From Bilabrum cf. latius (lineage: Eukaryota), in the NCBI GenBank assembly GCA_965178125.1, contig OZ237762.1, positions 682,001 through 746,000 of the forward strand: a stretch of 64,000 bases of DNA, written 5' to 3'. Under the pieces are notes generated by a model. That model was not told where the DNA came from, did not search any database, and saw only the letters and a list, made by a program, of their open reading frames with translations. Numbering within the stretch: the stretch's first letter is position 1; each line of letters opens with the position of its first letter. The position numbers and the translations under genes are program-made. This document shows, piece after piece, positions 12,526 through 24,280 of the stretch.

Positions 12526-14087
12526 TCATCTTCTTCCCGCGCGAGACTCCTCTCCAGCGTCTCTGCTCTCGCTTGGCGCAGGGGGGCCCGCAGGCGGAAC
12601 CAATGGGTCCACGACCGTGCTGGACTGGACGGACCGCGGCCTGCCGTCCACGCCGCTTGGGTGCACGTGTCGGTGGTACCCCGCCCCGCCCAACTCACCT
12701 GCCCGGTCCGCTTGCTCATAGGTGCGGTGCACCCACTACTTCTGGTACTTCGAAAACCACTCGCGGAATTGCTCGAACAGGGCGAACTGGAGGGCAGTCA
12801 CAGGCATCACGTGCAGGGCTCGGGAGCCCATGCCCCTCCACAGGGCCACGGGCCCTTCCGCGAGCGCCGCTTTGACCACCCCTCCGAAGGAAGATCCGAA
12901 CCCCTTGTGGTTGTCCTGCACCATGAGGCGGCACGTGATGGTGTCGAAGGGGTTGGTCAGCGCACCGGCCACGCCCCCTGCCGCTGCACCCGCCAGCATG
13001 CTCTCCCACCAGGTGGGTTCCCGCTTGTTCTTCCGCCGAAGGTACCGCCGTATATTTTCATACGTGAGGAACTGCAGGCCCCCGTGGACACAATCGGTCA
13101 GGAGGGAGGCGTGCCACCCGGAGAACAGCCCCCTGATTCCCTCGGTTCGCGTCACGTGCCTCACCGCCTCCACGGCGCTCCGATAGTTAGTGGTGGCCTG
13201 CACCATGCCCCCAGTGGCGCGGTAGGGGTTGACACCCAGTTGCAGTTTCGATTTCACGACCTCGGTGGGAACGAAGATGACGCTGGACATGAGCTCAGCT
13301 GCGACACCGGCGCCGGCGTACACCAGCTGCCTTTGGTGCTCTGTCGTTGCATGTGGCAGTACCTGCAGTGATAAGCATGGGCAATAATCCATAGATACTA
13401 TCTTCGTCTGTCATATGTTCGTGGTCATTGCGCGAACCAAGCTCGGGTTGCCGCCGAATGCCGCCCACAGAAGACTTCCTACCGGCTAGCGATGCATGGC
13501 ATGCATGGCTACCGTTGGGGTTCCAGCCTGTCAAAGCTCGCCCAAATGTAAATGAAATGATACCCTCACCAAGTCGCGTACGTAAAAGTAGCAGCCGAAG
13601 TATATTGCAGTGACGGGCGCAGAGGCTGCAGCTGTCACAGATACTCCGGACCACAAGCCTCTGTGCCCCTCCTCCTTGATGATGGTCCCTGCAGCACCCA
13701 ATAATGATCCATATCTTGAATCTGGGTGCACCTTCGCTCTATGGGACACTGTTTCGATCGGGTGCGACAACGTTTCTGAGATGAACCCAGCAAGTGCTCC
13801 GGCGGCTAAGACGGCTGCTGCGATGCCATCGGGAGAAAAATCCGTTCATAGCGATGCGAGAAACTAGATCAAGAACAATTATTAACATATTCAGGTAACT
13901 TACTTGGATCAGCATCCTCATCGGCCTCCTCAGCCCATCTGGCGAGAAGTGACGATTCCGCTGCAGAATTTATCGCTGTTTCCCGTTGCGGCAACGATGG
14001 AGGCACTACTTCAGTCAGCGCACGGGGCTCTTGATGCGCAATAACACTATCCTGAGTGATGGAATCATGCGATGTAGTCTGTCCCAT
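12526..14087 (-). CDS. Mitochondrial carrier family (SLC25) protein; exons ~14087-13904, 13817-13570, 13362-12526
   Basis: Three carrier signature motifs (HPIETVSHRAK, VPTEVVKSKLQ, NPFDTITCRLM). Two phase-consistent GT-AG introns. TAG at 12736 is read through to TGA at 12526. The 5' end may extend further (another GTAAGT donor near 14172). Confidence 0.85.
13363..13569 (-). other. Spliceosomal intron (207 nt) in the carrier gene
   Basis: GTGAGG...CTGCAG; removal joins YFYVRDL to VLPHATTEH in frame. Confidence 0.8.
13818..13903 (-). other. Spliceosomal intron (86 nt) in the carrier gene
   Basis: GTAAGT...TCGCAG, phase 1; gives DADPTAVLAAGALAG and removes in-frame TGA stops. Confidence 0.7.
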
Positions 14088-15392
14088 ATCCTGGGAGACC
14101 TGATGTGTTCTGCTGCAACTTCTGCATCTCTTTTTACTGGCTCCGAATCAATTCAAATGTATCGCAACTTACTTAAATCGGATTTGCAGAAGGGCTCACT
14201 TGACTCATCCTCAACTAACAGCAGAGAATTTGTGAGGGTCTTAGGCTTGCCAATTGATTTTCTGGTTGACATTGTGTGGTGAGGTCTAGCAAGTTTGGTG
14301 AATCGCGATGAATAGAGTGTGTTTGTGGAGTTGCAGATATTCCTATGTAGCTGGCCGCTAGAAACCCAGGCGGCACAGTTTGATTTCTTCTGCTATATCA
14401 ACGTGGGGTTATATGGTTAGATGCCTGCGCGTTTCATCCGCGCGACGTGTCTTGGACAACTTCCATACATTGCGATGGCTGCTGAGTATTTATGGTTGCA
14501 ATTCATCGCTTAGCACCACGCCTCCATCACGCGAGCTTAGATCGACTCGCATATTTTGTATTGGTCGGCGCCATGCTTGAAATGCTGCCTTAGTCCATCT
14601 TGCAAAGTCAACCTCGAGCGGTGGATGGGCGGCGCCGCTGCATGTGGTTCCGTCGAACAATCCACTGCAACCGCTCATGTTCACTCCAGGCGCTCTATGT
14701 GTCCACAACGAGTTCATGGACCGCATGCATATTTTTTGCATGATGGCCTCATATTACGTTCTCTCGTAGGTGTCACGAAGGTAACGGAGGTTTGTGATAC
14801 GGGAGCCGGGGCACAGGATTTGAGCCAGACCGCACAGCAGTCTATTTCGGTAAGTTCCGTGTCTTCTATGCTTGAAATCGCGCTGAAACGTTCGCTATCG
14901 AGAACGTGCGACTTCCGTGTGGTCAAGAAGTCTTTGCGTGCGATAGTTACGGCTGGGTATGTACTACGAGGCACCACCATTTCAAGAGGTGTCCCGAATT
15001 TCGCCTGCATGCCAAGATCAACCGGTCCCTTGTGATTGGGGCCCTGTTTTAGCGCTACGTGGCGCATGTACTGAAGATTAAATACCCAGCGCCGCGTGGC
15101 CGTCGCTTTGGTCCGCATGAAGTGACTGCTAGTCCTTTTGCTGGCCGGTATTTACTGCTCAGAATCACATTAGGTTTTAGCTTAAGTCTCGCAGATCCAC
15201 CAAATGAACATAAAGAATAAATTGATCTAAGTTGAACGGGCTGATTATCCTCGTGCTGTAAGGATGGAGGCGAACAGGGCTCCGGAGGGCCCCGCCGCTG
15301 GTTCCCTGCGCTCGGTACAACGAGGCTCCCCAGGAGCTTAGCAGCCAGACAACACGAAGCATCCAGCCAAAAAGGTAACAAGAGCATCCCTT

Positions 15393-17558
15393 ATGGATGA
15401 CATTACCACGGCTGGCTTGCCTGCCACATCCATACTGGCACACCAAGCGGGAGCCGAGCAACCGGACCAACTAGCAGCAGGCGCCACAAGGCCAAGGCGT
15501 ACCAAGCCGATGGCATCTCCGTCTTCACCGCTTTCTAGCAGACAGAGACTCGCTCAGTTCCAGAAAGTGGCCGAGAAATCTACAGGATCTCCGGTAGCTG
15601 GTAAAGAGCAGTCTGCACGTGGCACGAGCTCGTCATCGAGCGCGAGCTCCAGGCTCGGCCTCTATTAGCCCCGGCCAGATCTATCCAGCGACAGATTAGT
15701 TGCGATGTAGAGAAAGCACCTCATGAGCAAGGACAGCGGCAGCGGCACGGCTGCAGGAGGACGAGAAGAAGGAGAGAGTGGTACCCCCCCCGCCGGCTTC
15801 TTCGATACCTCGGCCGCTGACCGGCTCGACGCAGCCAGGGAAGCGGCCCTGTTCCAGACAGGGCCGTAGCTAATGGTTCCTGACGGGGGAGCGTACCTCC
15901 CAGTGGACATGCAGTCCGTGGCGGGCACCTCTGTCGCGTCGTTCGATACCCCCCAGGCGCGTCAGGCGATGGTCGGCATGTCGGCATCATCGACGCAGGC
16001 GGCCGCACGCGATGTCCACCTGCCAACAAGAGAGGGGCCCAAGCCATCCGACGTGCCCCTGCGCCCGAGTCAGAAGGACATCGCGGAGATGAGGGCCAGG
16101 GAACAAGCAGACAGGGCGGCCAGGCCTCTGAGTCGGCACGACGTGCACCATCACCGACAGGATGGCGAAGGTTCGCATGAGGGACTCCAGGGAACAGCGA
16201 CAGGGGAGCAGGAGGTGCACAGCAAGGATAGCAGCAGGACAGCGGCCCCAGCAAAGCTCGCGTCCTCCCGCACAGACGGTGCAACTGGGCGCGCTCGACC
16301 ACCAGAGGCATGGCGCCGGTTGGCACCTCGGTAGCAGCAACCGCGCCCGCGAGGAGCTCGAGAGACCGCACCGATTACGCAGCATGAAAGCAGCGAGGCG
16401 TCCAGCCCTGTCCAGCGTAACCCAGGCACAGACGTCGACGAGCGAGACGAATCAGAGAGAGCCGCAGCCAGCGAGGAGGGCCCGGTGACGAGCCCTGCCA
16501 TGCGCAAGGTGCTGGCGGAGGCTGGGGCCGAGCAGCCGATCCCTCGCTTCAAGCGGAGGGAGGCGGAGCTACTCGACGCCGTGCTGCACGAAGCCATGGA
16601 GCTGTACGGAGCTGATGCCTTGAGAAGCAGTCTGCGAAGAAGCAGCAGCAGCGGCTACGGTGCTAGTCCTGCAGCACTGTAGGACGGCGCCGTCGATCAC
16701 GATGATGCGCCTGCCCTGGATCTGGATGCCCTCGCTGCATCGACCGGCGTGTCTGCGCATCGCTTGAGGCTCCGCGCACTGACTCGGGAGCTGGCGGACA
16801 TTGAGGGGCAGCTCGACGAGGAGAGGGACCGGCTGGAGACAGACTCTGGGGACTTTGACGGCCTGGCAGCGGCGCTACGCGACCAGCTGCAGCTGCTCGA
16901 CTCGCTGCGGAAAGACAGCAGCATACTAGAGAAGATCCCGCCTGAGGCCATGGTTACGGTGGCCAAGGCGGCGGAAGAGGCCGTAGTTGCTGTCGCGAGC
17001 GCCGCCGAGTCCATGGGCTTCACCACCGCGGACATTCGGGCCTCGGTGCGCTCTGCGGAGGGAGCCATCGAGGCGGCTCGGGTCAGGAAGGACGTGCTGC
17101 TGCAAGTCACGCTGGGCGCATCCCGTGGCATTGCTGCAGGCCAGCAGCCGCAAGGTGGATTCGCTGGGGCCTCACTGCCCGAGCGCAGCGCAGCTGCCAC
17201 TAGTGGTAGTGCTCTCGTGTCGTCTCCGTCCCCCGAGATTCGACCAGCCATGACGTCGGACTGCGTCACCGAGCATGCAGGGGATGGCGCTTGGCGAGTC
17301 ACGACCAAGGTGACGAGGAGGCTGCAGCGGGTGCGGGTCGGTGGTGCACCTGCCGAGCACGGCTCGCGATCGTCTAGTGGTGCACCGGCTGGCCGGCTTC
17401 GTCCTTCCCCCCAGCACCAGCCCTCTGCCGTAAGTGGTCAGAGCAAGTCTACAAGGCACGGAACTGCCACGAGAAGCGACAACGAAGCAAGGCACAAGGA
17501 AGAGACGGCTGCTGCTGGCCGAGCGCTCGACTCGGAGCTGTGGGTCCTGCGCGCGTGA
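15393..17558 (+). CDS. Hypothetical protein with a coiled-coil-like segment (~721 aa with TAG=Gln)
   Basis: Four same-frame ORFs joined by TAG at 15666, 15708, 15867, 16332 (R*QQP) and 16680; ends in TGA. Confidence 0.7.
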
Positions 17559-19927
17559 AGCAACCAGACCCAGGCCATAGTGTCCCACGAGGCAATGCTC
17601 TGGCAACCTACGCGCGCACAAGGAAATGGTGAGAGGCAATACCATAAGGTACGTTTGTTGCTTGTATTCCGCTTTGTTCCCGGTGACGAGATGAAGCGAT
17701 TTTCCATGCTAAGCCTGAGCGTAGGAGCCTCGCCTGCTCTCGCGGGCCCGGCTCTGTTTCGCAGTGCTGCGAACTCGCTTGTTGGCTGAGGGATTGAAAC
17801 GTGCTTAGGCCTTTTTATGTTGCATGTGTGCCTGCCTGGCTTGCGGTTCGATTGATTGCGTGCGTGCTGTGCCGCGCGTGCTAACTACCGGTGCTCCTGA
17901 CAGGCTCCGTCGAGCATCCCGAGGGGCATGCCGGACTGATGCCGCGCCAGAGAGATCTCTTCCCGGGGGTTTTGTATGTGCAGGTGGACGCGGAGATCTT
18001 CGATCCCCAGTATCCATCCCCTGCATGCAGTTCTAGGCCTTGGACATTCATCACGTGCGCAAGACACCGTCTGCCCTGTCGCTTCACCAGTGTTGTGCTT
18101 TGCCTCGCAGGTGCTCGCTAGCAGTGTTTCCAGACAAGTCTTCAAGTGAGCCGCTCGGCCACATTTCCAGAGGTTCGAAGTGAGTGATAGTCAGCTATGC
18201 TGCTCGCAGCAAAAGCGTGAGCGTCACCTTATGCGTGCGTGTGTGTGCTTGTGCCCAACTGCCAGTGACGACATCGCCATAATAACATATGCCGTTTACC
18301 CGTCAGACGGGTGGTATCAAACCATTCAATGGTGATCATAAGGCGCTCTGAGGCTTGCTTGTTTGTTTTGTTGCGTTGTTGCTGCGTCGCTACCCCTCGC
18401 CCCTCTGTTCTGTGCTCCGATATGATGAATAACTCGTATTCCCCATCCGAGCTGGCTGGCTTTCGGGCCGGTCAGCAGTGTGGATGAAAGCGATGTCCGT
18501 ACCAGTCTGATCGGATCACATCCTCTTGTTACTTGTCTTGGGTTGTGTTTACAAGTTTCCTTGCGCGTGAAGCGCCTGCTCATGTGCAGTTGCTGTCCTC
18601 AGTGATTAAAACTTATCACACGTCGTATGGCTCGTGCCAATGCCATGTCACAGCCGTTTATACATGACGATATCCTGTGGTACTGAGAGGGCTCTTGTAT
18701 TGTTCATGTCCTTGTGATTGGTGCTTGTATTAGTCAAGGGAGATTGCGTCGTGTGCGCGCCCACACCACGTCTTGTGTTTACAGTTGCCCATCCTCTTTT
18801 CTTTGCAGACCCCCAGGCAGCCACATGCGTGCTTGCACGTCTTGTGACTTGAAGTCGGGTTGAAGCGGCAGCTTTTTCAAGCGTAAGTCTACGTTTTCGT
18901 TGCAGCTGCACACTCGCGTGCACACTGTTGTGGTGCGCGGCTGGCGCGCAGCTGCCCGATGAATGCACCTTATTGTATCAGTATTTCAGCGAAGCCTAGC
19001 CGATGCTGACAGTCTCGAAGGACGGCAGTTCCTTGTCAGAGTGTGCGTGTTGCTTGCTGCTGCCGCTACTGCTGGGCTTGGTAGGCGACTGGTTTCTGTC
19101 CTGACCTGGTCCTCCCAACGCTTCTTTGCATTGATTTGCCGCGTGGGCCTACTGCCGCGGTGACGAGCTCTACCCTACTATTATTCATGCGTGTCATCTG
19201 ACGCGCGTGCGTGCGTTTCGTGCGCTCGTGCGGTGATCGACTAGGGAACTGGCTGAGCGGTTGTTTGTCGCATGATGATAATGTTTGTGAGCTGATGTAG
19301 CATGATGTGGGTGTCTCTCTGTGCAGCAGCGTTTATTTTGTGCCATTTGCTGAACTGTGAGCCTGCGAAAGTTGCGCATTGGCCATCTTATTGCAGTCTC
19401 CATGCGGTGTGTGTGTAGCCTTGCGCGGGAATATCACTCGGCTTGATACCCGAGTCGACCTGCTCCGGGCAAGATATCTCCGCTAGATCAACCCATGCTT
19501 TTTGCCGTGTGCTTACGCGATGTTGCTGCGGAATATACACACCGCTTCGGCTCATGATGGCGCACCCACACTCATCATTTTTTCTCGGTCGCTTGTTCTT
19601 GGTTGCCGCAGTGTATAGCATCCTCTTATAATAACTTGTTGGCGTCCGACTAATTGGACAGTAGTTGGCAAGCAGTGGGCAGCAAGAAGCCGATTTAAAC
19701 TACAGCGAGATATACTACGAGTTGCAGCGTTGGGGACATGAAATGGTCCAGATGGGCCCTGTGATTCGAAAGCAAATGTTGTATTGACTGTTGACAGATA
19801 ATATTTTTGTATGTTATGCTGCCATGGCCTGCATACCATACTTTTTCGAAAGCTTCTGCACCTGCCGCTGGCAGGTGCAGCGCCTGCACGTGCACAGAAG
19901 ATCCCCTTCTTTCAAACTCGAAGAGCT

Positions 19928-22297
19928 ATGGAACCTCAAGATCAAGAAAGAGTCGAAAACAGTGCCACGGTACGCTCAATGCTGGCTAGCCCTGAGTACC
20001 AGCCCGGCATCCCGGCGAGCCTCGCACGGCTTTAGCGCCGTCCGGCCAGCCGAATAGCACTACACGTATCGGTCTCGGACGAATCATAGGTGCATGGCTT
20101 GTCAAAGTTATTGAAAGCGACGCCTATGATCAAAGATTTGCGGATAAATTTTGGACACTTTTACGAGGAAACGGACACTGCACCCCTCCTCTAGTCAGCC
20201 GAGGCTGTTCGGCAGGTTCGCACACTCCGTCTCGAAGATTTCACCACGTTCGGTGTACGCGGTTTGTGCGATCTATTAGCTGTTGCATTGCGGAATAACA
20301 AGGATTGCGTCAGATACATACAAGTGTCGTGGCACTCGTCCAGCCAGCCTCCAACTTCTCCGCAAATCACGATTCTGCGTGACGCTCTCCAGGGTTGTAT
20401 CAGGTTGGATAGAATTCGTCTAAGAGGCTCTTGCGGCACATGTTGCATGCTAGGCGCCCTATAGTATTGCCCTAAGGCTTTGGCCGGTTTAAGAGAAATC
20501 TGTCTAGGCCAGATATGCAACAAGGAGGACTGGCTCAAGGCGGGCAGAATAATCGCTCTGTCGAAGTCCTTACAAAGGTTAGGCGTAGGAGCAGCCGATA
20601 CAAGCAGCCATGCTCATACTATAGGATCGAGCGTACCGTTTTGGGATGCTGTGAGGCAGCATCGCTCGTTGCAGACACTGTCGTGCTCCCTGCCTTTATC
20701 GGATGATGCGCAGGCCTGCACTGCATTGGAACGAGCACTTGCGGAGCAAAGGAGCATTACAGAAGTATACCTGCTAATAATTGACAATGTTAAGGCGAAC
20801 CAGGCGTTGAAATCGCTTGCTGAGGGAATCCTGCGCAACCCACGATGCCCTGTTCAGGACATTCGGATCGAAGGGCTGCGAGCTGAACCTGAGGTATCGA
20901 CCCATGTGGGACGGCTTGCAGTCGCCAGTAGCCTCCGTACACTAAACATAAGCATGCAAAGTGATTATGAATTAGACAAAGCAGGGTAGCGCTCGTTGGG
21001 GGATGCCTTGGCAAGGACGACTTCGCTCAAGGAGCTCCAACTGCGTGTGTCAGTACCTTCGGGCGAGACTCTGGATGACTTCTCGCGGGGCCTGCGGGCC
21101 AACCCTTCACTAGACAAGCTGTACATTCGATCCAGTAGTATGGGCAAGGTGTCTATACATGACCCATCGTGCGTGTTGCAGGCCCTAGAGGTAAACGATA
21201 CTGTGAGGGAGCTCGAGCTGTACTTGCCACGTTAGGAAGATTGCGAGCACCGCGCTCGAGCGACAGCAAATATGCTACGAAAAAACAAGTCAATCGAGGA
21301 CTTCCGAACGCCGCTCGTGCTCAGTGGCTATACTCAGCAACAGCGCCGAATGGCCGAAGCCCTCCAATCCGGATCGCGACAGGGACTCCGGTGTCTGGAG
21401 CTAAAAATGCCGAGACCCCAGACCGACTGGGTCATGCTCCTGGACGTAATCAAAAGGTGCCCGTGCCTCGAGACGCTCAAATTAAATATAACAGAAAATG
21501 TCACTGCTTCGCACGTTGCGATGCTACGGGAGACCATCCGAAACCACACGCCAGCGCTGGCACGAGTACTTGGGCTCGATGAGGATGGCAACAAACTAAA
21601 ATTTGGAGGAATTGAGATTTCTAGGACTAGTGAGAGGAATGAAGTCCCTCATCGATGGCTCGATCTGCCGCACACAGCAGGGCGGGCTTGCTGCATGCTG
21701 CGACTGCTACGATCCGGATCTTCCTATTTTGGATCCGTCAAGAGCCTTGATACCACCCAGGTGTGCCGGTACGCTGCATGCGCGCTGCGACAAGCGCTCG
21801 AGGTGTCTCGACCAGGGGACTGCATCACAATTGCACACGGAGTGCTTGATTGCTTGCAGCAGAGATCTGAATGGTCATTTCTGCCACCGCTCCCTCTCGG
21901 AGCCACGGCTGCTTCGGGGCTGTTCCAGGCGGTCGAAGACGTGGCTCGCGGCAGGACTGAGCTCAAGCGAGACATGCCTGGGGGAGAGTGGTTTGGTGCT
22001 GCCGTACGATGCACCCAGGTGCTGCAGCTCGAGGGCAGCAGGAGGAGGGGCAGACTGGCCCTGTGGAGGCGTGGGATGGAGGCCAATAGGGACGCGGGGA
22101 TGGTGTTCCAGGCGGCGAGCGAGGGGAGGCCGCTGGAGCTTGGGAAGCGGCTGAGGCTGGGAAAGCTGGCTGGTGGCCTGGATAGCAAGGGAGTGGTGAC
22201 GGTGGATGGACACGAGAGGGAGGTGAGCGCTTTGGAGTCGGCTCGGCTGGGCGGTCACGGCCAGTGCGTGATTGCGCTGGAAGAGGCGATGGGGTGA
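19928..22297 (+). CDS. RNI-like leucine-rich repeat protein (~789 aa with TAG=Gln)
   Basis: Single frame with TAG at 20033, 20087, 20192, 20462, 20987 and 21233; ends in TGA. Repeats include ALARTTSLKELQL, LRANPSLDKLYI and LEVNDTVRELEL. Confidence 0.75.
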
Positions 22298-22722
22298 TCT
22301 GGGCATGACGGGTGCGTGAGTGTGCTGCAGGGTGTCATGTTGAAAATGCGGCGGAGGAATAGTAAAAGCAGAGTCTTTAGTCGCTATTGATAGTATGGAT
22401 ACGCTTCGCTTGGTAGATCGGTATGGTCGATGCGTGCAAGCAACCTACGGCGCCGCAGGCACAGCCTATCACTAGCTTCAAGAAATAGCCTCCACTAAGC
22501 CATGTCAAGAGAACTGTGACACCCTTCCGTACGCACGAGCCACCAATAGAGTCAAATCGCTGAAAGGGACTGCCGCACCTCTAATCGCGCTGATGACAGG
22601 GGGATCGGTGATTCAGCAGTCTCCATAGGTTCGCTGCCGCCCGCCCAAGCTATCCGATGACATGCTTGCACGCACCAGCCACATATCTATGGCATTTCAC
22701 AGGTCTACACTTCCAGCATTCC

Positions 22723-24030
22723 TCAATGCTGGCCACGTGCAGCCAGCACGGCTTTCAGTGCCGCGTCGTTGAAGGATCGCCTCGCCGTGCGGATGGTCTC
22801 CATCTGGCCCGTCTTGTCCGGGTAGCAGCGGTTGTCCAGGATCACCGTAAACATCTCGTTCATAGGATCGATGCAGATCTCCGTCCCCGTGTACCCCAGG
22901 TGGGTGAAGGTCTTGGACGACAGCATGTCGCAGCCCTTGTAGTCGTTCTGGGGGGCGTTCGTGTCCCAGCCCAGTGCCCTGGAGGACTGCGATGCGTTGT
23001 ACTGTGCGGTGAACAGTGCGACGGTTGTCTGGTTCAGGAACGGCCCGCCCGACGCGGGCGCATTGAGGTATGCCAGCGCCAGTTTGGCCAGGTCACCGAC
23101 GGTGGAGAACACCCCTGCATGGCCAGACACGCCGCCGAGAGCGTACGAATTCTCGTCGGAGACCACCCCTTGCGCGGTCTCGTGTCTGTAGATCGGATCC
23201 ACCCATGTAGGCGGGATAGCCGCCCTCTCCGCGTCCGTGAGAGTTCCGTTAGGGGCATATCCAGTCGACTCCATGCCCAGAGGCCCGAACACCTTGGTCC
23301 TGACGAACGCCTCAAAGTGGCAGACCAGTAGCTCCCCCTCGCCCGACTCCGCGCCGGCGCAGGATGGGAGCAGGTCGCTTGGTGTGACGAGTGCGTTGTC
23401 CACGACTACTCGGCCGGCGACGAACATGGCCGTGATCATGGACAGGTCGCTGTAGACGTACTCGGAGCCGATCGGGTACTGCAGCGTCTGGTTGCACCGG
23501 AGCTCATCCAGAATAATCGTGTCGCAGGAGAATGTCAGTGGAGGGTGTTCGTCCGAAGTGGCTGGGCAGCCAAACGTGGAGTTCCAGTAGCCTGGAACTG
23601 GGTCTGGTGGGAACCCGGCGTTGTGCAGGAGCAAGTTCAGAATGCGAATGTCTTTCTTTCCGTGGGCGTCAAAGGAAGCACCGAGGATGGTCGAAACCTT
23701 TGTATCCAAAGTAATGAAACCCTCCTGATACAATGTAGCGATAGCGGAAGTCGTCGCCGTCACCTTCGACAATGAAGCTAAGTCGTACCTCGTCGCTGTC
23801 GTGACGGCAGGGTTCTATCCAGGGGTTCTAGGAGCGTTTTGCCCTTCGTAGACGAAACTACCAAATGCTTTCGAGTACAATACCCCCCCATCCTTCGTAC
23901 CAATCGCTCCGACAAAGCTGGGCGAAATCCTGGAAGAAACAGCATTTTCCAAGACCCGGTCCACCAACTGAAAATCGTATCCGTTCGCTGCTACGCAACT
24001 AGCTGCTATGAAACCCAAAAGGCTACGCAT
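22723..24030 (-). CDS. Secreted beta-lactamase-family (class C/AmpC-like) serine hydrolase, ~435 aa
   Basis: Signal-peptide-like N-terminus MRSLLGFIAASCVAA. TAG at 23815 is followed by RYDLASLSKV (SxxK), LLLHNAG, YSDL and HLGYTG motifs; ends in TGA. Confidence 0.9.
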
Positions 24031-24108
24031 GCTTATCACCTGACGGGTATTTACCGTGAGTGAACGTGCGGTTAGCCGACGATAGGAATCCGGCTAGCAT
24101 GCAGCACC

Positions 24109-24134
24109 GTGCATTGCATCTAGATGCAGTGCAC
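24109..24134. repeat. 26-bp near-perfect palindrome in a divergent intergenic region
   Basis: GTGCATTGCATCT|AGATGCAGTGCAC, one mismatch. Confidence 0.7.
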
Positions 24135-24280
24135 TGAAAGACTAATCCATGGATGGATCGACATTTGCCGAGAACACAGGAAACTTGTTTTATCCGTTAG
24201 AGAAGCACACGGTAATAGTCACCAAGTAGCTTTATTTAAAATTAACTGCTCGATCACGAGATCAAGTGAACTTGAACAAA

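Noticed and set aside
14490-15118. Possible small minus-strand gene(s)
   Set aside because: Short ORFs in different frames ending in TAA/TGA, with no motif or codon-bias support.
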